DNA of 44,001 nt, counting the filler, from Jimgerdemannia flammicorona (lineage: Eukaryota): assembly GCA_003990765.1 (NCBI GenBank). It is 2 parts of 2 records of this genome, joined end to end, with 100 filler letters (N's around TTAATTAATTAA, not from the genome) between each part and the next. Parts side by side here need not be neighbours in the genome. Positions count along the whole stretch, not along the records: positions 22,052 to 44,001 come from RBNJ01001359.1; 1 more part is not named here. One strand, written 5' to 3'. The translations under genes and the position numbers were made by a program. This document shows, in pieces, positions 21,952 to 33,826 of this stretch. Each line of letters begins with the position of its first letter. The first letter of the stretch is position 1. The notes beneath the pieces are model-generated. The model had not been told where the DNA came from. It did no database searches and saw only the letters and a program-made list of their open reading frames with translations.

Positions 21952-22051
21952 NNNNNNNNNNNNNNNNNNNNNNNNNNNNNNNNNNNNNNNNNNNNTTAAT
22001 TAATTAANNNNNNNNNNNNNNNNNNNNNNNNNNNNNNNNNNNNNNNNNNNN
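21952..22051. other. Assembly gap / artificial spacer (N44-TTAATTAATTAA-N44)
   Basis: Exactly 100 positions, with an all-frame-stop linker in the middle. Confidence 0.95.
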
Positions 22052-22381
22052 CACTGAGCACTTGATGCCCAAGGTCGGCCGACTCCCTACGTAGCCCGAG
22101 ACACACCGAGACAACACCTTGTTGGCGACGGCAAAAGGAAGAAGGCGCCGCACCAAAACGGGTACACCCCAGACACAGCTGAAGGCACCAGAATCCGCGA
22201 AAAAGTGGAGGAAGCACCGATCCGACACCGATAAAGGGGCAACTCATCACCATTGCCCTCCTCCCACTATGCCCCTGCAGGCACAGCAAACCAACCCGAG
22301 GTAGAGGGGGTAATATTAGGGGAAAGGGGACTTGGAAGGTCGCCTACCAAACCTTGTGACTGGTAAGGTAGCGGAGAAAGG
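22052..22381 (-). mobile_element. Second copy (5' 330 bp) of the poly(A) retroposon; remainder lost in the gap
   Basis: Reverse complement matches 6291-6621, starting at the same 5' end (cctt(t)tctccgctaccttaccagtcac); retains more CpG. Confidence 0.93.
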
Positions 22382-23776
22382 ACCATATATTTACTTTCTC
22401 TCTAGCTAAGTCCAATCTATATTCAGCAATAGCCTCTGCCCTCTTGATTTGCTTAGCTTCTAGTCTAACCAAAAGCTCATCTATTACTATGTATATCATC
22501 CTTTTGATACTCCAAGCAAGCCCTCTATTAAATTTCTAATCTATATCTCTGTTCTTATCAGAAGACTAACTCTCTAGCTATCACTATTATTTTAGTCTCT
22601 CTTATGATATCTACCTTATATCTCTCCTCATCCAAATACACTATCAGTATCTTCTTTGTCAGAGCCTCCACAATATCATTACTCTACAGAATTCTTACTC
22701 AGTGCTCCTCACTGATAACTCACAAGTTCATATTTCCCAATTTCTCAGCTATCAAGTTATTTATCATCTAGTATATTCACTATAAGTTCCCAATCTCCCT
22801 ACTCTCAGAGATTGCTGGCTGACCAGCCCTGAGTATTACTGTGTCTACCCCAGCACTTGTCAATTCATCTTACTTCTCTTCAGAGATATCCACCAGCTCC
22901 TCCTCCCCAATCTCAATTACTTACCCTTCACTCATCACCTCAGACACTATGACAAGTCCCCAATATCTCCACATTCTCACCAGCTATTGGCTGGACATCC
23001 TGAGCCTTCTTTTTAATATTCTTACTCTTCTTTTATATCTTTAGTATACTATTATTATAGAGCATCTAATCTCTTATCTCCCAGCTCCAACTCTAAGTCT
23101 TAGTACTCCTTCTCTCCTTCTCACTAGTCAGCAACTCTCTCTACCTCTTACACTTCTAAGCCCTCTCTCACTGCTCTTTATTTACCTAAATATACCTTTT
23201 ATCTATTATCTCTAAGTAAGTTAAGTCTATATATGCCTTCTATATCTTAGTCTGTCATCTTACTGTCCTACTGAGCTCCTCTAATATCTTCACTAAATCC
23301 TTCTTCTCCTTCTCTATACTTCTCTTCACTCTTGTCACTTTGTAGATAAATATCCTCCATATCAGTACTGAGGACCAATCTCTCAACTTCTCTATAGTCT
23401 CCTTTTTAGTCAACTGGAGTTTAATATCTACATCTTCTATTTTGAAAAAAATCCTCTCTCAGATCTGGAAGCCAATATCAACTACTTTGCTATACTTAGT
23501 TATAGTCTTCTCTACTCTCTTTTTTATCTTAGCTATTATTATTATTATTAATACTTTCTTTACTAGTGGCTAGACTACTCTGGGGTCTCACCTAAGATAA
23601 TAAGCTATTAAAACCACTATCTCATCTACAGTCAACCCCACCTTCAATACCTTCTCTAAAAAAGTAACTTTCTCAAAGCCCACCTCTACCTCCTTAAATC
23701 TCTTCAAAAACTTTATCAAAATAACTTTAGCTATATGCTTCAAGATTAGCTTCAGAACTATTTCCACTATCACTAC

Positions 23777-24195
23777 TAGTGCTCCCAATAAATCAAATCG
23801 AATCGAATTTGGTCCAAACTCGATTTAATTCGATTGAATCAAGGGTCCAATTTGATTTGATTCAAATCAAATCAAAGGTCCAATTCGATTCAAAGTTCAA
23901 TTTGAACCTTAATTTTCAAAATGTAATAACTCGACGAAAACTCATCCAAATTTAACATATTTTAGCTTGTTAGATTCACCATATTAATGTGATTCTAACA
24001 AGCTAAAGTATGTTATATTTGGATGAGTTTATACTGAGTTATTGCATTTTGAAAATTAGGGTTTGAATCAGACCCTCAATTTGATTTGACTTTTGATTCA
24101 ATTCAAATTGATTCAAATTGAAAAATCCCCAATTCAATTTGACTCGTTTAACCCTCAATTCGATTTGAATTGATTTAACTCATTTGGAAGTACTA
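23777..24195. mobile_element. hAT-type MITE (419 bp) with long internal palindrome
   Basis: TIRs TAGTGCTCCCAA / TTGGAAGTACTA; 8-bp TSD ATCACTAC (23769-23776) / ATCATTAC (24196-24203); subterminal ATTCG/ATTTG pentamer arrays; inner inverted repeat 23905-24063. Confidence 0.85.
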
Positions 24196-24320
24196 ATCAT
24201 TACTAAGTCTTAAAAGTATAATATAACTATAAACTCCAAAATCAATTTCTTAAATAATAGACCACTACTAAGCCCATTATATCATCAGTCAGATCTTCCA
24301 ATCTCTACTAGTCTCTCTAT

Positions 24321-24384
24321 TTTTTTTTTTTTGTTTAACGGACTTATGTCCTGCGGATTTTTATTGAAAGGGAACCTAGACTAT
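24321..24384 (-). mobile_element. Extremely 5'-truncated copy (~50 bp + A-tail) of the poly(A) retroposon family
   Basis: Reverse complement matches 7399-7450 (tagtctaggttccctt.caataaaaatccg..ggacata); 16-bp TSD CTACTAGTCTCTCTAT at 24305-24320 and 24385-24400. Confidence 0.9.
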
Positions 24385-24906
24385 CTACTAGTCTCTCTAT
24401 ATAATATTACTATTAATTATTATATCTCTTTTTTTTTTTTTCTAATTCTCTATTACATCTCTATCAACAGTCACTCTACTACTCTCAGCCACAACCCCTA
24501 CACTTACTCTTCTAGACAAAGAACTTTCTGCCCTCTTCAGAATAATCTTACCTTTCTCCTTAACTATATCAGTCCAAGCACCTACTGACCAATCCCTCTC
24601 TTTTACTTTGTCAGCAAAGCTTGAGAAGTCAGATCTACCCTCACTTTTACCAAATACTAACTCTCCTTCAGACCTTTCACCACTACTCACACCTCTAAAA
24701 GCACTCATCTTCAAACCATAACTTCTCCCTATATGCTACCAGCTAAATGCCCTAAGTCCACCTAACCTAACACACCCATCTAAACTTTTGCTTAATGACA
24801 TTTTACTAATACCTTTTCTTTGAGTTGTGTTGAAAAGTGTTGCCTGAAGTTTTGTGTAACACGAATTATACCAGAGAAAGGCGATGGGGTTTGCGAATCC
24901 TGCCTT

Positions 24907-26952
24907 GAGAACTCTTTGTCAGACGCGCCAAATTCACCGTTGAAATTAGACGCCAGGGGCTCTTACGGTTTTGAAGGTCCCGTGATCTTGCCGCCCTTGC
25001 CCGGGTGTTGCCAGACCGTGCACGCATTGCGATCGTGCGTAACACTTCTCGGTGGTACTCTGCTGGCTTGGGGAGAGAGGAAACGATGTACCCGAGCTGA
25101 CCGGCAGGCTCTCCATTGCCTTGTCAAGGCAAAAATTGACGATGGCGGACACAAGTCTCGTCTGCCGGGACCGGATGGCGGTGGCGAGGGCGCTCTCCTT
25201 GCGGCGGTTGCGGGGAACCCAGACCGATCCCTTTTCGTTCTTTTCTGAGTCGCAAAGTTCTTGCCCGAATACTTGTTGGTGTAGTTGGTGATGAGTCCGA
25301 TCACCTCGTTTATGGTGGGGTGTTTCTGGTACCGGATGTCGGTGAAGTGCGCGATCAGGGTCAGGAACTCGGCGGCATTCCGCACGATGGCTGTCTTCTA
25401 CGCCAGGGTGATGCTTTCCTCATCCGGTAGCTCCAGCACCACCGGACTTGCTCAAAAGGTGACGTGCAGCCGTTGAGAGCTAGTGGAAGTGATCTCGAGC
25501 TTGACTATCTCGATGCAATCAATTTCAAGGGTCCGAGAACTGGTCTCATCTGCGTGGAACGCCGCGTTTCCAAGTCTGGACTACTTCTGAAGAGCGCGAT
25601 GGTATATTTGCCGATGCTGAAGAATTTCTTGTGGTTCTGGTCACTCTCCTGTGGATCCTGAGGAGGTTCCACACCTTGTCCAGGTCCTTCTAGTCGGTGG
25701 TAAAGGTGGAGAAAACGTGAGGTCTGTCTGACGATTGGTCGTTCTCGACGCTGTTCGAGTCGTTGGTGCCCACATCCGTGAGTTTCGGTTCCTTTTGTCA
25801 TCCGCAGGATAAATGGTCAGGAATGTCAAGTGCCGGTGGGTTTGTGAGGGAGCAGAAGCGAGCGCGGTGTGATGCTCTTCATCGTGATATAGAATCCATC
25901 CTCGAAACAGAAAGTATGCAAAAAGTCACTAGCAGTGGATTGATGGAGGGGACAGAGCTTGAATGGGTCGTATACGGTGTAGGTCGTCGAGACGAGCACT
26001 ACAAGTTGGCCTGTGCTAAGAAAACACATTCTCTGTATCTCATGCGTCCGGGTCGAGCTGAGCTTCAAACCGTTCTTTATCGAATAGCATGAAAACGCAG
26101 GTTCTAGCGACCGAGTATGCACAACTAAGAAGGCGCCTTCTGAAGAAATATCCATTGTCAACACGTCCTTGACACCGTCCTCAAGGGCGAATGCAGCGTT
26201 AGAACGTTCAGGTTGTCATTCCCCGACGACATAAAAATCTCCTTATGCATCAATGTGAGCTGGTGGATTAGAACGCTAGTTTGCCATTGCCACTCGTGCG
26301 GTAAGTCCTATGTGTATTCCTTCATATTTTCCACGTCTGCGCGTCCCACAGCTAAATCTTCCCTGGGTAATGCTGCAGCACGGTTAATACGTCCCCCTCA
26401 ACGAACCCGGCAGCATAATTCTGGCCCTCGGCGAACTCAGACAATTTCGTGCCCGCGTTTAGCGCGGCGAAGACCTCAAAACGGGAACAGTGAGTGCCCT
26501 GGTCTTCATATGCGTACGTCACGGCCACATACTCGGCACTACGGGAAAGCGACAGGGCGATTTTGCGTCGGAGCCGAAAGATGGTTTCGTGCGTAAGCGG
26601 GATCGTCGTCGGCGCCGACCATATATTCACGGAGTCGGCAGCAGGGTCGGCAGAGAGCCGCCACAGCGTGAGCGTGCCGTTGTTGCTAAGCACCGCGACC
26701 TCTCCAGTGTCGTTCAAAGCCAAAGCCGCAATCTCGTCTGGCGCGCGCGGTGGCTCGGCAGGTGATCGAATATTTCAACGGCGTCGTCGTTCCGCGTGAT
26801 ATCGCTTCTATTGTCATCGCGGTCAGAGGTCTCTGTCAATCATTGGGACGTCGCCGGATGGTGATAGAGCGGTGACGCCGATGAAGGTCGATAAGGCGAA
26901 GGGGAAGGAGCCTGAGCCCACGCTGGTGATGTGTGATATGTAGGTCGACCAT
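24907..26952 (-). pseudogene. Truncated, deletion-riddled tandem paralogue of the WD40-like/TRP channel gene
   Basis: Co-linear with ~30210-32371 (ALNDTGEVAVLSN.GTLTLWRLSADPAADS...; ATG at 26952); many frameshifting deletions; transmembrane half missing. Confidence 0.93.
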
Positions 26953-28651
26953 AAGGGACTGTAATTATGTAATTTGAGGTGAGCTACCTCTGGTGGCTTA
27001 GTATGCCCTAAAAATCAGACAGAAAGTACTTTTTAAAAGTGGCCGTCTCTATATGTGATGTTGGTTTTGTTTAGGCTATTTGTTTTGAAACCCATAGCAT
27101 GGCTGCCGATTCAATTAATATTTCCCGAGATCAATATTTCCCGAGAATGTATATACTACACAATGAAATCTGAGTGTTGCTCGCGAAATCACCACGTCCT
27201 ATCTTGTAACTTTAGTATTAATAAAAATCAATTAATAATATAAATATGATACTTATAATTATATTTCTAAAAACAATACATTATAAACTTAAAGATCTTA
27301 ATATTAAGCAGTTAAAATTTTAGTCTGATATCACTGTTTATAAAAATATTTTGCAAAAATGGTTTATAAGATAAACAAAAGCAATCTCTTAAAAATGGTA
27401 TCAGTATCTTATCAAGAGCATATTATATTATAAGTTCTGATTAAATGCAAAAAATTACTTGATATAATATAAATTATATTTTTATATATTATAATTCATA
27501 GTTTTAGTCATCTCACATCTTTTAAATCTTTTGTAAGCGAAGAGTTGGAGGTGGCGGCTTTGTTCCAAAATATCATCTATGTATCTGCGATGACTGGAAC
27601 TCGACAAGCGACCAAAGAAAGTAGAGTTAGGAAGCGAAACTGCATGCATCCGAACCAACCATAAATTATCACCCCTCCGCTCCACGCATTCCAAGACGCA
27701 ACACCACATCCACCAACAACCCCATCCGACAGTTGTTGCCAGGATAATCTGCAACCGCCGTGGGTACAGGAGTTCCCAGACAGTCGCAATACCCCCGAGG
27801 CGCGGCATGTCACAATAAAGCGGACGAACTCATCGTCAACTAACTTGTGGGCCATCATCCAGGCTTCGGACCGGAGGGTATTCTTGCGGAACGTTGCGTC
27901 GGATACCAAGATGGGGTTCTTCTGTGTTAAATTGACGTACCTTTGCGCTGTGCGAGGGTACTGGACAGATATATAAGAGAGACTGTGGAGATATCTTGGA
28001 GGGAACAGGAAGTTGCTACTTAAGAACAGTTCTACCAGGGTGATTTTGACAAACTCGCAATACATCATAAAACCACATTACGGGCATGGTATACTTTATG
28101 TGCACCTGTACTTAAAGTACAAGTACTTAAATATATGGTATTTGTAATGACAAGGGTATGAGGCCTCGACCACCCGAAGCAGAGGTGTTATTCTTCATAT
28201 TATGTGCTTTAAATGCTTCACGAGCCGCACTAAGATTTCAGACTATTCTGAAATATTGTCATCACATACCAGCTTGGATCCTTAAAGTTGGTGACAATAT
28301 CAACCTCAATTACATAGTTTGCGTCTAGATTTCTGCATTTTCGTCTTAATAGCGTTTGAATAGTGGGTATCGCTGAATTGATTTACCTGCCAGACTGCAA
28401 CGGATCATGTATACCCCTTAAATAATTATACTTGCATTCTGTACAGGATAACCATTGGTGTCGTTGGCGGATAAATACATTGATCTTTATAATACATTGA
28501 CTTTATAATACATGGACATTAAGTACTATTGAATATATATAATTTAGCACTGACCATTACTGTAATTAATCTGCCAAAAAAGAATGAACAAAGATGTATT
28601 TGACACGCTCTATTATCCACCCCCCCCCCCCCCCCCCCCCCCCCCGCGGCC

Positions 28652-31600
28652 TTACTCGCGTTTCAACACCTCGTGCAGCAGTGCCTTGAGATCGGCAATT
28701 TCTGCTTGCATGCTCGCAACACGCTCGTCGAGCTTGTTCTCAAGTTCGGCCGTCAGCCCGGCCGCAACGTTATGCAGTGACGGCCCGGCCGCGCTCGGCT
28801 GCGCCGGGGCCCTGGCACCGCCGCCACCAGAAGCATCTACGAAACTCGCCAACGCGGACTCGATCGTGTCCCGGATGTCCTTAGCACTGAATTCGGGATT
28901 GGGCGCCGTATTCTGGCGGACGTAGGCGGCCCAGTCATTGCTCTTGTCGAGGAAGGCTGCGGTGTGGTTGTGGTGGGGATGGGGGTTTGATCGGGATGGG
29001 AGAAAATGATGTGGCATCCATGTCAGTCAAAACGGTTTGGAGTAGGACCAAAGTTTAATAGGCGATGAATGTTGCATACCTTCGTAATAGATATATTTTG
29101 GGAAGTACCGCTTGTTCTGCCTGCTCTTAGGTCCCATCCAGTACACCTCAATCTCCGCGATCAACTCCGTCATCTGATGCAACCAAACCCGCTCGCCTTG
29201 TTCTGCGGTTTCGGTGTACACGCTGTTCAACAGCGCAATCAACACATTGAGTAGAATGATTGCCGTGAGCAACACGAACGTGCACCTGAAGATGATGACT
29301 GGGATATTGCCATCATAACCCGCGGAAATGGTGCTGTAGTCTCCTGAGAGGAAGAGGTACACACTCAGCAGGGCAGTTGTAAACAGCTTGAAAGCATTGG
29401 TAGGCGTGGCGGTTTGGTCGGTCTGCTGCAGTGTAATGTTAAGCGGGCCCGTCGTAGCGTACAGCGTGCCATTGAACGCGGTTGGCGAGGGTGCAGGGTC
29501 CTCGTTCTTGAGGAGAAGGAAGAGCGCGTGCGCAAAGCTAATTACCACGACGAACATGACGACCAGAAGCCAGACGGCCTTCTGAACAATGTGGTAGAGG
29601 ATCGCTGCCGTGACACCGATCCCCTGGAAGACGCGGAGTTGGACGAGGAGGTGCAGCCACATAAAGAAGACCGAAAAGGAGTTCAACCATGGAGGAGGTA
29701 TTTTACCCTGCAACGCTAGAATCGACGCCGCCGCTGAAAAGGTTAGGGAAGCCAGATCGAAATAATTGTACATGGAAAACCAGTAACGCAAGCGATGGCC
29801 TGCCATCTGCCGCACCTCCTGAACAAGGAACAAAACCGCCAGGGCCAATACAGTTGCATAGAGGCCGGAATAGGGGTAAAATACGGCGATGGAGAAAAAA
29901 ATTAGCCTGATGACCTGGAGGCAAACCAGGAACGTGTATATTCGGCCAGCAAACATCTCCCACTTATAGTAGATTATTGGGTAAATGAGCTGCGGCGCGA
30001 CGAACAAGTTGCGGCGCAATGCGATGGTTGAGTATACACTTCGCGGCTTGATAATGGTCTTCCACATCGCCTTGCGATTGTCTCTGTGGAATAGGCCCTT
30101 CGACCAATCAATGTCGTCGTGCGGATAGACAAACATATTCGGGAAGGGCAGGACAGACAATACGGCCTGGTGGAAGTCAATATGTTCGTCACGACGTAGC
30201 GACCACCACGAGAACTTCTTGCCAGTCGCGCCGAATTCGCCGTTGAAATTAGACGCCAGGGGCTCGATACAGAGCGGATGGAAATTCTTGTGGTTTGACG
30301 GCCCTGTGATCTTGCGGTGTTGCGGGGCGCCCTTGCCCGGGTGTTGCCAGACCGTGCAGTACGACGCTCGCATTGCGATCGTGCGTGACACGTCTTGGTG
30401 GTATACTGCCAGCTTGGGAAGAGAGGAGACGATGATATCCATGTACCCGAGCTGACCAGGCAGGTTCTCCATTGCCTTGTCGAGGCAATAATTGACGATG
30501 GCGGACACAAGCCTCGTCCGCTGGAACTGGATGGCGGCGGCGAGGGCGCTCTCTTTACGGCGGTTGTGCATGGGGACCCAGACCGAGCCCTTTCCATTGT
30601 TTTCTGAGTCGAGGAACGTCGCGAAGAATTTCTCGATCCCGAGTCGCGCCAGGTCGCCGAGCGGCAGGCACTCGCCCACGATTGAGAGCACATTCCTATC
30701 TGGATACTTGTTGGTGTAGTTGGTGATGAGTCCGATCACATCGTTTATGGGGGGGCGTTTCTGGTACCGAATGTCGGTGAAGTGCGCGTTCAGGGCCAGG
30801 AACTCGGCGGCATTCTGCACGATGGCTGTCTCCTGTGCCAGGGTGATGTTTTCCTCATCCGGTAGCTCCAGCACCACCGGCTCAGTTGAGGATTTGCTCG
30901 AAAGGGTGACGTGCAGCCGTTGAGAGCCAGTGGAAGTGGTCTCGAGCTTGATCATCTCGATGCAATCAATTTCGACGGTGGTCTTATCTGCGCGGAACGG
31001 CGCGTTCCACACCCATTCCAAATCCGGACGGTGGCGGCTACCTCTGAAGAGCGCGATGGAATACTTACCGATGCTGAAGAATCTCTTGTTGTTGGAGTCA
31101 AGCCAACTGGTCACTCCCCTGTGGATCCTGAGGAGGTTCCATACCTTGTCCAGGTCCTTGTCGGTGGCGATGGTGGAGAAAACGTGAGGTCCGTGTAACG
31201 ATTGGTCGTTCTCGACGATGTTTGAGTCGTCGATGCTTGCGTCTGTGAGTTTCAGTTCCTTTTCGTCGTCCGCAGGATAAATGGTAAGGAATGTCGAAGA
31301 AGTGGGAGTGCCGGTGGATTTGTGAGGGAGCGGAAGCGAGCGCGGCGTCATGCTCTTCATCGTGATATGGAATCCACCCTCGAAACAGAAAGTATGCAGG
31401 AAATCGTTATCAGTGAATTGATGGAGGGGACAGAGGCTGAACGGATCGTATACGGTGTAGGTCGTCGAGACGAGCACCACCAGGTGGCCCGTGCTAAGAA
31501 AACACATCCTCTGTATCTCATGCGTCCGGGTTGAGCTGAGTTTCAGGCCATTCTTCATCGAATAGCATAAAAGCGCGGGTTCTGGCGACCGAGTATACAG

Positions 31601-32371
31601 AACCAAGAAGGCGCCGTCTGAAGAAATATCCATTGTCAACACGTCCTTAACACCGTCCCCAAGGTAATACAAGTTCTCTGTTGGACCGTCCTTCAGCGAA
31701 TGCAGTGTTAAGACGTTCAGGTTGTCATTCCCCGACGATATAAAAAAACCCTTACGCAGCAATGTGAGCTGGTGGATTAGAACGTTAGTCTGCCATTGCC
31801 ACTCGTGCGGGAAATCCCACGTGTATTCCTTCACAATTGTCCACGTCCGCACGTCCCACAGTTGAATATTCCCTGGGTAATGCTGCAGCACGACCAATAC
31901 GTCCCCCTCAACGAACCCGGCAGCACAGTTCTGGCCCTCGGCGAACTCGGGCAGTTTCGCGCCCGTGTTTAGCGCGGCGAAGACCTCAAAACGAGAACAA
32001 TGAGTGCCCTGGTCTTCGTACGCGTACGTCACGGCCACGTACTCGGCACTGCGGGAAAGCGACAGGGCGATTTTGCGTCGGAGCCGGAAGATGGTTTCGT
32101 GCGTGAGCGGGATCGTCGTCGGCGCCGACCATATATTCACGGAGTCGGCGGCGGGGTCGGCAGAGAGCCGCCACAGCGTGAGCGTTCCGTCGTTGCTAAG
32201 CACCGCGACCTCTCCAGTGTCGTTCAAGGCCAAAGCCGCAACCTCGTCTGGCGCGCGCAGCGGCTCGGTGGGTTTGTGATGGAATGTTTCAATGGCGCCC
32301 TCGTTCTGTGTGATATCACTTCTGTCGTCGTCGTCACGATCAACGTGGATTGCGATATGTAGGTTGGCCAT
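28652..32371 (-). CDS. TRP-like cation channel with N-terminal WD40-like beta-propeller region; exons 32371-29080 and 28956-28652 (~1198 aa)
   Basis: 1114-aa ORF with IQLWDV / DISSDG propeller-like strands; six hydrophobic helices; pore segment NAFKLFTTALLSVYLFLSGDY; S6 IILLNVLIALLNSVY; TRP-helix-like VWLHQMTELIAEIE. A GTATGC...CTGAC...GCAG intron (29079-28957) joins an in-frame coiled-coil exon. Confidence 0.88.
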
Positions 32372-33826
32372 AGGTGAGATTTGTGAGAGAAAAAGACGGA
32401 TTGTATCTTGAAGCGAGCATGACCCTTATTTATCTGGTTGTATATATATATATGCATGTGGCGCAGGCCCGATCTGTGAGCACTCACTGCTGCGCCTCTT
32501 GCGTTCTTGTGTATATACTTAGGATCGTGTAACTGTATTATAAATTAAAACTGCCAGAATATATCTACGAGAGGGGGGGGTGGGAAAGAAAAAAAAAAAA
32601 AATGTGGAGAAGGATTATTCAAGCGTTCAATACAATCTATGGATAATACACAGGCGTGGCGCACTCTTACACGACTCATCGTTTTCGTCATTGCCGCATT
32701 GCTTCTGAGCGATTTCAGGTTCCCAGAGGTATCTTGTTACGGCTTGCCCGCTGAGCCCCCTGAGCCATCTGAGCCATCTGAGTCACCTGCGTAAATGACG
32801 TCCTGACGCGCATCCCATCTCCTCCAACGACCTCAAGGCTTGTAAGGCTCTTTGGGAAAGTTCCAGCTGAAGCTATTCTTATCATTGCGGCCGGCAGCTT
32901 GGTCTTGAATCCTGGCAGACTGGCCTTAAATCTGAGCGGTCTGATCCCGAACGGCCTAACCTTGGCCCTGAGCGACCTGGATGACGTTAACGACCCTCAC
33001 TTTGAAGCGACAGTCTTCCTCGATCATGAGGGTTCAGAGGGTGGGAAATCTGCGCAGGATATCTCGTTTTCGAAGGGATGATGGGCGGCTTTAGCCTACC
33101 TAAAAATGCATCACTTACCCTGCTTGGAGGTGTTGCTCAAGACGCCTGGATTCTTGGAGGCGCTTGACTCCTTGTTCTTGGGTTCGGCGCCGAACCTGAG
33201 AGTAGCGTGATAGCGTGACAAACTTGAGTGAGACCATACCGCGTAATTTTATAATTTTTTTTTTTTTTTTTTCGTTTTGTGCCATAATCAATTAGTAGCA
33301 TACCATAGCTCGCCAGGAAGGAGTACGTTATCACAAGGTAAATGTTTACAGCTTCTTTCTCTTTCCGTACTAATTCTCCAGCACTAACAGCAAAATTCTA
33401 ACTACCGAGCACTGGCCACGGCACCGAGCATACTCTTGCGCTTTTCTGGACCCACTCCTTCCATCCTGCTCCGCTTAGAGCGTGTTTCGGCTCATTTTCT
33501 CGTAGCCACCTACAGAAATGTAGGCGACGAGACCTGTTTTTCCAGTGCTCGATTTGACATAGCAATGAGTGATTCATTTTTTCATAGATAAATGTCATCT
33601 GGGGTCGATCATATCGCATTTGAACACATTCGCTTTTTTTTTTTTTTTTTTTTTTTAAAAAAAAATAAAAAAAAATACGACATCTATTAAACGTCCGTTA
33701 AGCATGCTCTATTCGAAAAGATTGAGAGATGCAATCACATCTCGACTCACATCTCGACTCGTATCCAATCTACAAGGCGGTCTCGCGCGCATGACTTATA
33801 TACCGTCTTCGCCAACACTTCACACC

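Larger units (their letters stand above)
22382..24810 (-). mobile_element. Highly decayed coding transposon relic, possibly LINE ORF1 plus start of endonuclease
   Basis: Strong purine bias on the minus strand, CpG nearly absent, remnant ORF at 24442-24714, and a ...KVDIIRETK-like stretch near 22590-22620 reminiscent of the AP-endonuclease N-terminus. Weak. Confidence 0.4.

Noticed and set aside
21996..22007. TTAATTAATTAA palindrome inside the N-run
   Set aside because: Artificial all-frame-stop spacer centred in a 100-position gap; adjacency across it is also uncertain
28584..28925. Poly-Pro ORF over the C-homopolymer (~28620-28645)
   Set aside because: Antisense to the channel's last exon; the homopolymer lies in the 3' UTR
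29974..30693. 239-aa alternative-frame ORF within the channel gene
   Set aside because: Expected from GC-rich codon usage; no recognisable motifs
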